The notes under the pieces are model-generated. The model searched no databases, was not told the origin of the DNA, and worked only from the letters and a program-made list of their open reading frames with translations. Shown one piece after another: positions 9,103 to 16,376 of a DNA stretch of 53,018 bases. Source of the stretch: Parcubacteria bacterium C7867-001 (lineage in GTDB: Bacteria; Patescibacteriota; Minisyncoccia; Phycocordibacterales; Phycocordibacteraceae); NCBI GenBank assembly GCA_001189095.1, contig LFCK01000003.1:1-53018 (forward strand). Direction: 5' to 3'. Each line of letters opens with the position of its first letter. Positions within the stretch are counted from its first letter, which is position 1. The translations under genes were made by a program, and so were the position numbers.

Positions 9103-10437
9103 ATGTCACGCATCGTGGTCGCCAAGTTTGGAGGGTCATCGCTTGCTTCTGGTAAAGAGGTGCAGCGAGCTCTCTCCATCATCCGCGAGGAACCCGACCG
9201 CCGATACATCGTCGTATCGGCTCCGGGAAGACTCTCGAAAGATGATGTAAAGGTCACCGATCTTTTGATCAAAGCGCACGCGGCCTCCGGCCGCGCTCGT
9301 GCGCAAGCACTCAAAGAAGTCGGCAACCGATTCACATCGATTGCCGCTGAGGTCGGAGTACCGTTCGATACCAAGTCCTACCTGGAAAAAATCGAGCAGC
9401 GCATCAATTCGAATCTGTTCAGGAATCAGTATGATTTTCTGGTCAGTCGGGGCGAATACCTTATGGGTCGCCTACTCGCTGACGCGCTTGGATATGAGTT
9501 TCTTGACCCGATGAGGTTCATACGGCTCACGCAGGATGGAACCTTCTCGCTCAAGGCAACCCAGAGCGCGTTTGCTCGGATAACGTTTCCTGAACGGGCC
9601 GTTATTCCGGGCTTCTACGGCGCCTCGTCGAGCGGCTGGATAAAAACCTTCCCGCGCAACGGCTCCGACATTTCAGGAGCTATCGTTGCACGATTGGTCA
9701 ACGCCGACATCTATGAAAACTGGACGGATACCGACGGCGTCTGCGCTGCAGACCCACGGCTCGTACCCTTCCCAAAGCGTATTGAGGTAATGACGCGGCA
9801 AGAAATGGCTGAGCTCGCCTACCGAGGAGCAAGCGTGCTCCACGGAGCTGCGCTCGCGCCCCTTAAGGACCGCGGGACGGTCATTAACATCCGCAACAGC
9901 CGGAACCCAATGCATCCCGGAACGCAGGTTGTTCCTGAGACACGGGAACTTCCGAGAAATCGGAACCCTGTGGTCGGGATCGCTGGGAAGAAAGACTTCT
10001 CGGTCCTTACGGTGACCAAACAAGGCATGAGCGAAGAGGTTGGTTTCCTCGGAAAACTCTTCACCGTGTTCGGAACGTACAACGTGAACATCACGAGTAC
10101 GCCCGGCGGCATCGAAGGCCAGACGGCCATCTTCGAGGATGACCAGATCCAACCGATCAAGGATCAGCTCCTCGCCGCGATTACGCGCGTAACGAAACCG
10201 GACAGCCTCGAGCTTGAACGTCGTTCGCTCGCGTTTATCTGCATCGTGGGCGAGACTATGAAGCACCGTCACGGCATTGCCGCGAAAGCGCTCAAGGCGC
10301 TCTCGAGCAAGGACGTGAACGTTCGGGTCATCGATCAAGGTGCGAGCGAAATCTCCATCATGATTGGAGTCGACAACGCTGACTACGAAAAAGCGATTCA
10401 GCAGTTGAGCGTAACGTTCAAACTGACTGAGACGTAA
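9103..10437 (+). CDS. lysC: Aspartate kinase (monofunctional, with C-terminal ACT-like region)
   Basis: 444 aa. N-terminus MSRIVVAKFGGSSLASGKEV (amino-acid kinase motif KFGGSS), then ..VVSAPG..TD.L. SD-like AAAGGAA lies upstream. Confidence 0.82.
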   Translation: MSRIVVAKFGGSSLASGKEVQRALSIIREEPDRRYIVVSAPGRLSKDDVKVTDLLIKAHAASGRARAQALKEVGNRFTSIAAEVGVPFDTKSYLEKIEQRINSNLFRNQYDFLVSRGEYLMGRLLADALGYEFLDPMRFIRLTQDGTFSLKATQSAFARITFPERAVIPGFYGASSSGWIKTFPRNGSDISGAIVARLVNADIYENWTDTDGVCAADPRLVPFPKRIEVMTRQEMAELAYRGASVLHGAALAPLKDRGTVINIRNSRNPMHPGTQVVPETRELPRNRNPVVGIAGKKDFSVLTVTKQGMSEEVGFLGKLFTVFGTYNVNITSTPGGIEGQTAIFEDDQIQPIKDQLLAAITRVTKPDSLELERRSLAFICIVGETMKHRHGIAAKALKALSSKDVNVRVIDQGASEISIMIGVDNADYEKAIQQLSVTFKLTET

Positions 10438-10442
10438 GTACA

Positions 10443-10467
10443 AGCGCCGCCCACAGGGCGGCGCTTT
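10443..10467 (+). terminator. Terminator hairpin, copy 1 of an exactly duplicated 26-nt element
   Basis: AGCGCCGCCC-ACA-GGGCGGCGCT followed by TTT, 5 nt after the aspartate kinase TAA stop. Confidence 0.7.
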
Positions 10468-10526
10468 CATTTGACATACAGGACCCTTTGGAACAAAGTC
10501 GTTGCAGAGAAGACACGGAGAATACT

Positions 10527-10727
10527 ATGCCCCTGTACGGACGCCAATTCCATGCCCAGTTCGGGGATGAAGATCCTGACAGATCGTTCGTCTCGTTTGA
10601 GGCAGTGGACGATAACGCGGCTCTTAAGGCGACGGAAGAACGCTGCCGGCCCGGGAACTCCTATACGGTGTTTCGGAAGGTTGGCGATGTTGAAAAACCA
10701 ATGTCTCAGCCAAAACGACGCAAATAA
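10527..10727 (+). CDS. Hypothetical small protein (66 aa)
   Basis: Internal ATG of listed ORF 10488..10727, preceded by GGAGA 7 nt upstream. No family recognised. Confidence 0.45.
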   Translation: MPLYGRQFHAQFGDEDPDRSFVSFEAVDDNAALKATEERCRPGNSYTVFRKVGDVEKPMSQPKRRK

Positions 10728-10739
10728 AAGGAGGCACGC

Positions 10740-11045
10740 ATGCCTGCGCTCGAAGAGCTCCGGCAGCGTGTCGCCGCCGGAGCCGCATTCCTCGATGCTC
10801 ACGATCCCCAGTGGAGAATGAGAGTCACGAAAAAAGTTAAGGTAGCTAGTACGCACGAATGTGTGCTCGCTCAACTCTACGGTCGCTACCGCGCCGGAAT
10901 GGAAAAGTACGGACTGTCTGAAGACGACTCGCTCAACTACGGTTTCCGTGTTGATTCGCGGGAAGTCGGCTACGAGCACGAAGCATCGAGGCAGTACTAC
11001 TTCCAGCTCAACGAATGCTGGGGTGCAGAATTGAAACGTCGGTAA
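10740..11045 (+). CDS. Hypothetical protein (101 aa)
   Basis: Strong SD AAAGGAGG 5 nt before the ATG, and followed directly by terminator copy 2. No family recognised. Confidence 0.6.
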   Translation: MPALEELRQRVAAGAAFLDAHDPQWRMRVTKKVKVASTHECVLAQLYGRYRAGMEKYGLSEDDSLNYGFRVDSREVGYEHEASRQYYFQLNECWGAELKRR

Positions 11046-11049
11046 GAGT

Positions 11050-11075
11050 AAGCGCCGCCCACAGGGCGGCGCTTT
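11050..11075. terminator. Terminator hairpin, copy 2 (bidirectional position between convergent genes)
   Basis: Exact repeat of AAGCGCCGCCCACAGGGCGGCGCTTT. It lies between the stop at 11045 (+) and the stop at 11079 (-). Confidence 0.7.
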
Positions 11076-11078
11076 TTA

Positions 11079-11540
11079 TTAGTAGTCTTTTTTAGGAGGA
11101 ATAATCGCGCTTCCAGACTTTATGAGCCCTCCCGTGACCACGTCGGCAACGAGACCGCCACGGTCGTAGAACGACCGCTGGAAATTTACGACCTTTCCTG
11201 CAAGCTTGCTCGGCCGCTGGCACGGGTCGCAGTATTTGACCCCGAGAAAAACGGCTTCGCCGATCTTGAATTCCCTGCCGATGAGCCACATCAGCTCGAC
11301 GTCTTTCGTGATGATGTTGCGTCGGCATTCGTCGAACTTAAAGCTCGTGTCTTTGAAGAAACAGTGGTTGATGAGGGTCACTTGGCGCTTGCCGGGCTTG
11401 CCTTTGTTATAGCTTCCCTGAGCGTTAGCGTACCGATCTCCTTTGAGACCCACTCCGGCAATCGCCTCAACATCCCGCTTGAATTCCATGGGCGCACCTG
11501 CCTTTGGGCTGGTATAAATTCCCACGACATATCCGTTCAT
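11079..11540 (-). CDS. MOSC domain protein (YiiM-like)
   Basis: MNGYVVGIYTSPKAGAPME...VEAIAGVGLKGDRYA...RQVTLI...RRNIIT.GV.L...IG..F.IGEA.F.G...C.PC matches the MOSC pattern. Start set at the internal ATG 11540, which has AAAGGAG upstream. Confidence 0.75.
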   Translation of the reverse strand: MNGYVVGIYTSPKAGAPMEFKRDVEAIAGVGLKGDRYANAQGSYNKGKPGKRQVTLINHCFFKDTSFKFDECRRNIITKDVELMWLIGREFKIGEAVFLGVKYCDPCQRPSKLAGKVVNFQRSFYDRGGLVADVVTGGLIKSGSAIIPPKKDY

Positions 11541-11629
11541 TGACGTGCTCCTTTCTCGCCGCACCTTACCTCATCCCGTTAGATTTAGAAAGATGACTGT
11601 GCTAGGCTCGGTCCAGAAAGGAGGCTCTG

Positions 11630-12049
11630 ATGTCTCTGAACAAAAGCTATACGCAAATGGTGCGCGACACGGTCCCCATTTCGCTTGTGGTGACGAGATA
11701 TGCCACCGATCAACGATATGAAAACCATATGGCGCCCGGAGGGTTTGGGATCCGCAAGGTCTGCTATCTGAAGCGGGAAGGCGCTGGCAGACTTGGAAAA
11801 CGATTCTCCTGTCTCTGCCCATTCCACATTGAAAAGACCGCTTCGTTCTATGTAATGGACGCTGCCGGCCGCTTCAAATGCTTCGGCTGTGGTAGGAGCG
11901 GGAACGCGTTCGACTTCGTGATGGAGATCGAAAATGTAAATCTGCCTCAAGCGATCCAGATAGTCGCCGAGTTCGGGAAAGTGTATCCGAAACCTGCGCG
12001 CAAGCCGCGCCTCACCAAGCGTAAAAGAAAGCGGGCGCGTTCCTCATAG
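11630..12049 (+). CDS. Stand-alone DnaG-type CHC2 zinc-finger protein with a basic C-terminal tail
   Basis: CLCPFHIEKTASFYV...FKCFGCGRSGNAFDFVMEIE matches the primase zf-CHC2 motif CPFH.EKTPSF.V....CFGCG..GD...F. No TOPRIM or primase catalytic part follows. The tail is KPARKPRLTKRKRKRARSS. SD AAAGGAGG lies upstream. Confidence 0.75.
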   Translation: MSLNKSYTQMVRDTVPISLVVTRYATDQRYENHMAPGGFGIRKVCYLKREGAGRLGKRFSCLCPFHIEKTASFYVMDAAGRFKCFGCGRSGNAFDFVMEIENVNLPQAIQIVAEFGKVYPKPARKPRLTKRKRKRARSS

Positions 12050-12061
12050 AGGAACGCGCCC
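12033..12061. terminator. Bidirectional terminator hairpin overlapping the CHC2 gene stop
   Basis: GGGCGCGTTCCTC-ATA-GAGGAACGCGCCC is a perfect 13-bp stem with the TAG stop in the loop. TTTGCCTTT follows. Confidence 0.7.
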
Positions 12062-12231
12062 TTTGCCTTTGGGGTCGTATTTAGAAGAAGAGGAACGTGC
12101 TAGGTTCGCACAGGACTTTTGGGCCCAGCACGTCCTCCGTTCACTCGCACGGCACCAGTTGGTAGGTAGTACTGCAAACCTGACGCTTTCCGAGTCTTCT
12201 GCAAACGACTATACAGGAGACCTTTTTAAAA

Positions 12232-12534
12232 TCAATTTGCTTCTACGAAGGTAATTCCCGAACTAAAGACATTCATTTCTAAATCCTTTTGCTCAAGTGT
12301 CGCTTTCATAAATACAGCACGACCTACAACAGGATTAATTTCAATAAATCCTTTTACCAAACGGGCAGCTGTCTTAAAAGTATTCCGATCAACTAGAGAG
12401 CTTAGATCGATATGTAACTCTACGTCGGCTTTCTTTCCCTTTAGCCACGTTCGCAATTCATCGACGGAAGCGGGCTTGTACTCTTTACTGGGTTCAGCAT
12501 TGAGCGCTTCAGGACCTTCCATACTCTTAAACAA
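12232..12534 (-). CDS. Hypothetical 100-aa protein, visibly lower GC than its neighbours, overlapping the secA stop by 8 nt
   Basis: Complete ORF MFKSMEGPEALNAEPSKEYKP.... Its start overlaps the end of secA (12527). No family recognised. Confidence 0.5.
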   Translation of the reverse strand: MFKSMEGPEALNAEPSKEYKPASVDELRTWLKGKKADVELHIDLSSLVDRNTFKTAARLVKGFIEINPVVGRAVFMKATLEQKDLEMNVFSSGITFVEAN

Positions 12535-15037
12535 TAACCCAACCCTCTGCGAGAAGTGGTTCGGCTTTTTTGTACTTGAGGGTTTGAGTTTCCTCCCCTT
12601 TCTTTATGGTGACCATATCGTTGCGGCTCGGCCCATCTGCTTTTATTACTGGAGTTTTCGAAGTCTCAGCCCCCGCCTCGCTTGCAGCGAGCACAGCCTT
12701 GCGTGTCTTCTCCTCTTCCGCGCGGATGCGGGAATCGTCCGCAAGCATGATGCGCGGGAGCGTTTCCGTGAGCGCGTGCGCGATAGAGCCTTCAAGATTA
12801 CGGAAACGATTAAGGCCTTCGCGGCGGTATTCAAGCAACGGATCGCGCTGGCCGTAGGCACGCAGCGAGACGGAGCGACGCATGTATTCCATGGTCTCGA
12901 GGTGCTCGAGCCAGAAGTTATCTATCACTTGGAGCATGAGGCGACGTAGTATCGGGAGGAACGGCGCGCCGATGGACACCTTCTTCTCTTCGAAGACAGC
13001 GCGGGACTCTTCGCCAACGAGCTCAAAGAATGCGCGCTCGACTTCCTCATCCGTCCCGAGGAGTGGAATGTTGCGGCGCGCGTACACGGCAAGGCGCTGC
13101 GTATTAAGGACGTCGTCATACGCGAGCACCTGCTTGCGGGAGTCGAAGTTGAAGCCTTCGATGCGCTTCTGCGCGGTCTCGAGCGACTTCGTGATGAGCG
13201 AGTTTTCGATAGGTTCGTCTTCAGCGATCTTGAACGTTCCCATGACGCGCTTAAGCATGTCGGACGCGAACACGCGCATGAGACGGTCTTCGAGGCTGAT
13301 GTAGAAACGGGTCTCGCCCGGATCTCCCTGACGACCGGAACGACCGCGCAGCTGGTTGTCGATGCGGCGCGCCTCGTGACGCTCGGTACCAAGGACGACG
13401 AGTCCACCGAACCCAACGACTTCCTCATAGAGGCTCTGCTCAACTGGCGCGCCGCCGAGCTTGATGTCGACACCGCGACCAGCGAGGTTCGTCGCAACCG
13501 TCACACGACCCTTGCGGCCGGCCTGCGCGATGATTTCTCCTTCGCGTTCGTGATTCTTTGCATTGAGCACCTCGTGCGGAACGCCTGCCTTTGAGAGGAA
13601 GTCGCTCACCACTTCGTTGTCTTCGATTGATACGGTTCCCACGAGCACTGGCTGACCCTTCTCATGGAGTTTCCTCACATCGCGTGCGAGCGCCATATAT
13701 TTCCCTTTCGCGGTCTGGAAGATGACATCATCACGATCGATACGCTTTATTTCGCGATTCGTTGGAACGACAACGACATCGAGTCCGTAGACGGTATAGA
13801 ACTCCTCTTCGGAAGAGAGCGCCGTACCGGTCATGCCGCCGATAGCTTCGTACATGCGGAAATAGTTTTGGAACGTCACCGAGGCGTAGGTGCGAGTTTC
13901 TTTCTGGATGGGCACATGCTCCTTCGCTTCGATTGCCTGATGAAGACCCTCGGACCAACGGCGTCCCGGCTGGATACGGCCAGTGAATTCATCGACGATC
14001 ATGATTTGGTCGCCCTGCACCACGTATTCCTTATCCTTACTGAAAAGCGCCTTTGCGCGTACTGCAGTCTCAAGATGATGCGCATACTTCATGCCGCCTT
14101 CGGTATAGAGATTCTCGAGATTGAGTGCCTGCTCTGCCTTTCGGATTCCCTCCTCGGTTATCTGGACCGCCTTCTGTTTTTCGTCGACCGTATAGTCAGT
14201 CTCCTTTTCGAAGGTATCTACTATCGAGGAGAAGCGTTCGTAGAGCCCTTCTGCATCAGCTGCAGGACCCGAAATAATGAGCGGCGTACGTGCCTCATCG
14301 ATAAGGATGGAGTCGATTTCATCGATGATGGCGTAATGATGACCGCGCTGCATGAGCTGCGATGCGTCGTAGGCGGTGTTGTCGCGCAAGTAGTCGAACC
14401 CGAGTTCGTTGTTGGTCGCGTACGTAATATCCGCCGCGTACGCTTCCTTTTTAGACGCAGGACGCAGGTAGTCATAGAAAACCTTGAAGGAAGCTTCTGC
14501 ATCACGCTCTGCGTCCTCTTCAGGAGCGACATGCGACGCATCATATATATAGGAACCGCCCGAAGTGACGACGCCGGTTGAAAGTCCGAGGGCAGCATAC
14601 ACCTGACCCATCCACGCGCCGTCGCGGCGCGCGAGGTAGTCATTCACCGTCACAACATGCACGCCCTTCCCTGCAAGCGCACGCATCGTCGCTGCGAGTG
14701 TCGCGACCTGCGTCTTTCCTTCACCGGTACGCATCTCAGCGATCTTCTTATTAATGAGCGCGAGTCCGCCCATGAGCTGCACATCGAAATGCGGCTGATT
14801 GAGCGTGCGACGAGCAGCCTCACGCACGAGCGCAAAGACCTCCGCGATATCCGCGTCCTTCTCGGGAAGACCTTTTGTGCGATCCTTAACCACCGAAAGA
14901 CGCGCTTTGAGATCATCTGCCGAAAGACCCTTCAACTCCTCTTCAAGAGAGCGAGCATGACGCACCACCGGATCCGCGCCCTTAAGGAAGGACTCGGACT
15001 GGTTGTGGGAGAACATTTTCCCTAAGAAACCGGCCAT
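12527..15037 (-). CDS. secA: Preprotein translocase ATPase SecA
   Basis: 836 aa. Motifs include MRTGEGKTQVATLA (Walker A), HVVTVNDYLARRD, ..DEIDSILIDEARTPLIISG and ..TNLAGRGVDIKLGG. No C-terminal zinc-finger tail. Confidence 0.97.
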   Translation of the reverse strand: MAGFLGKMFSHNQSESFLKGADPVVRHARSLEEELKGLSADDLKARLSVVKDRTKGLPEKDADIAEVFALVREAARRTLNQPHFDVQLMGGLALINKKIAEMRTGEGKTQVATLAATMRALAGKGVHVVTVNDYLARRDGAWMGQVYAALGLSTGVVTSGGSYIYDASHVAPEEDAERDAEASFKVFYDYLRPASKKEAYAADITYATNNELGFDYLRDNTAYDASQLMQRGHHYAIIDEIDSILIDEARTPLIISGPAADAEGLYERFSSIVDTFEKETDYTVDEKQKAVQITEEGIRKAEQALNLENLYTEGGMKYAHHLETAVRAKALFSKDKEYVVQGDQIMIVDEFTGRIQPGRRWSEGLHQAIEAKEHVPIQKETRTYASVTFQNYFRMYEAIGGMTGTALSSEEEFYTVYGLDVVVVPTNREIKRIDRDDVIFQTAKGKYMALARDVRKLHEKGQPVLVGTVSIEDNEVVSDFLSKAGVPHEVLNAKNHEREGEIIAQAGRKGRVTVATNLAGRGVDIKLGGAPVEQSLYEEVVGFGGLVVLGTERHEARRIDNQLRGRSGRQGDPGETRFYISLEDRLMRVFASDMLKRVMGTFKIAEDEPIENSLITKSLETAQKRIEGFNFDSRKQVLAYDDVLNTQRLAVYARRNIPLLGTDEEVERAFFELVGEESRAVFEEKKVSIGAPFLPILRRLMLQVIDNFWLEHLETMEYMRRSVSLRAYGQRDPLLEYRREGLNRFRNLEGSIAHALTETLPRIMLADDSRIRAEEEKTRKAVLAASEAGAETSKTPVIKADGPSRNDMVTIKKGEETQTLKYKKAEPLLAEGWVIV

Positions 15038-15086
15038 AATAGGGCTGATACTAGCATTTTCAGGCGATTTTTGCCCGCCCTAAAAC

Positions 15087-15114
15087 AAAACCTCCCGATT
15101 GCTCGGGAGGTTTT
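15087..15114 (-). terminator. Rho-independent terminator between the micro-ORF and secA
   Basis: AAAACCTCCCGA-TTGC-TCGGGAGGTTTT. On the minus strand it is followed by GTTTTA. Confidence 0.65.
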
Positions 15115-15126
15115 GTAAGAGCGAGC

Positions 15127-15198
15127 TTACGCGCGCTTCTTCTTCTTTGCTGTCTTCTTCTTTGCAGTCTTCTTGGCTGCTTTCTTCTTCTTTGCCAT
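15127..15198 (-). CDS. Candidate 23-aa Lys-rich micro-protein MAKKKKAAKKTAKKKTAKKKKRA
   Basis: ATG..TAA ORF found by eye (below the track cut-off). It sits in its own intergenic slot with a terminator downstream and an AT-rich upstream region. No obvious SD. Confidence 0.3.
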   Translation of the reverse strand: MAKKKKAAKKTAKKKTAKKKKRA

Positions 15199-15362
15199 AT
15201 GCGTAAAGTGAAATGATATAGCTAGCTAATATTGTCGACCCATACATAAGCGAAGACATTTCTGCTTCTCACTTATACATGTGTACTAAGGATTATTATT
15301 ACGCGCGTAGAAAAAAAAGGTGAGAAAAAAAACAAATGTGTGGATAACTTTGAAAAAATATT

Positions 15363-16376
15363 TTACGAAGAAAGTTTTCTTACTTCGCGTTCGATGCGAA
15401 TGTTCGTTGCGTCATACACACGCGATGCTATTTCATTCGCGAACGCATCGATGTCGTTTGCACTCGCATTATTTTCTGCAACAACAACAAGCGGTTGATT
15501 TTCAAAAAGGAAAACGTTTCCGTTTCGAAATCCTTTGAGCCCGAGAATCTTATCGAGTATGTACGCGAGCGGTATCTTTACACCCTGCGTACTCGGGAAG
15601 CTTGGTATGAGGCCGTACTTCTCCACGAGTGCTGCATATTCCTCCTCACTAACCACTGGATTCTTAAAGAATGAACCGGCGGTCCCAACGAGGGACAAGT
15701 CTGGAAACTTCCTCGAACGAATCGCTCGTACGGCCGCAGCTATCGCGGCGGGCGTCGACAGATCAACACTTTCTTCCTGCGCTCTGAGGAGATCAGGATA
15801 CGAAAGGGACGGTGCGCCGCTCTTCGAGAGCTTGAGTGTAACTTCGAGAATAATGAACGAGGAGTCGTGCTTGAAGCGACTGTCGCGGTAACCGAATGCG
15901 CAGTCCTCCGTACGGAAGACTTCGACGATGCCTGTTTCGACATGTAGTACACGCGCGCAGTCGAAGATATGCACGAGCTCGGCGCCGTAGGCGCCGATAT
16001 TCTGAACTGGTGCGGCGCCAACCGTTCCCGGAATGCCAGCGAGATTTTCCATGCCCCACAGTCCTCGTGCACACGCCTCATCAACAAGCGTGTCCCATGA
16101 GTATCCTGCTCCCGCCGTGAGATAGACGAATTCGGAGTCCTCGCGATCGCTGCGCTGCTGCGCCTGCATATGAATAATTGCTCCTTCGTAGCCTTCGTCC
16201 GATGCGAGAACATTACTCCCCTCGCCGAGCACATAGAACGGCACACTGCGCTCGCGTATGAACGCGAGCGCAGTGTGTGCATCTTCTTCGGTACTACACT
16301 CAATCACGTAGCGCGCCTCTCCCCCAACCTTAAACGTGGTGAGCGAGCGAAGCGGAACGTGTTCCCGAACGATCAT
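15363..16376 (-). CDS. murB: UDP-N-acetylenolpyruvoylglucosamine reductase
   Basis: 337 aa. Motifs PLRSLTTFKVGGEARY, ..VLGEGSNVL and ..NAGAYG-like NIGAYGAE match the MurB pattern. ATGA overlap with the upstream gene. Confidence 0.9.
   Translation of the reverse strand: MIVREHVPLRSLTTFKVGGEARYVIECSTEEDAHTALAFIRERSVPFYVLGEGSNVLASDEGYEGAIIHMQAQQRSDREDSEFVYLTAGAGYSWDTLVDEACARGLWGMENLAGIPGTVGAAPVQNIGAYGAELVHIFDCARVLHVETGIVEVFRTEDCAFGYRDSRFKHDSSFIILEVTLKLSKSGAPSLSYPDLLRAQEESVDLSTPAAIAAAVRAIRSRKFPDLSLVGTAGSFFKNPVVSEEEYAALVEKYGLIPSFPSTQGVKIPLAYILDKILGLKGFRNGNVFLFENQPLVVVAENNASANDIDAFANEIASRVYDATNIRIEREVRKLSS

Noticed and set aside
9673-10470. 265-aa minus-strand ORF
   Set aside because: It lies entirely antisense to the well-supported aspartate kinase gene. 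Its Arg-rich, low-complexity translation is a shadow ORF typical of GC-rich coding DNA.
10467-10979. 170-aa minus-strand ORF across the cassette
   Set aside because: It competes with two plus-strand ORFs that each have an SD and a terminator. It has no SD and would start inside one ORF and run through the other.
13664-14581. 305-aa plus-strand ORF
   Set aside because: Antisense shadow inside secA.
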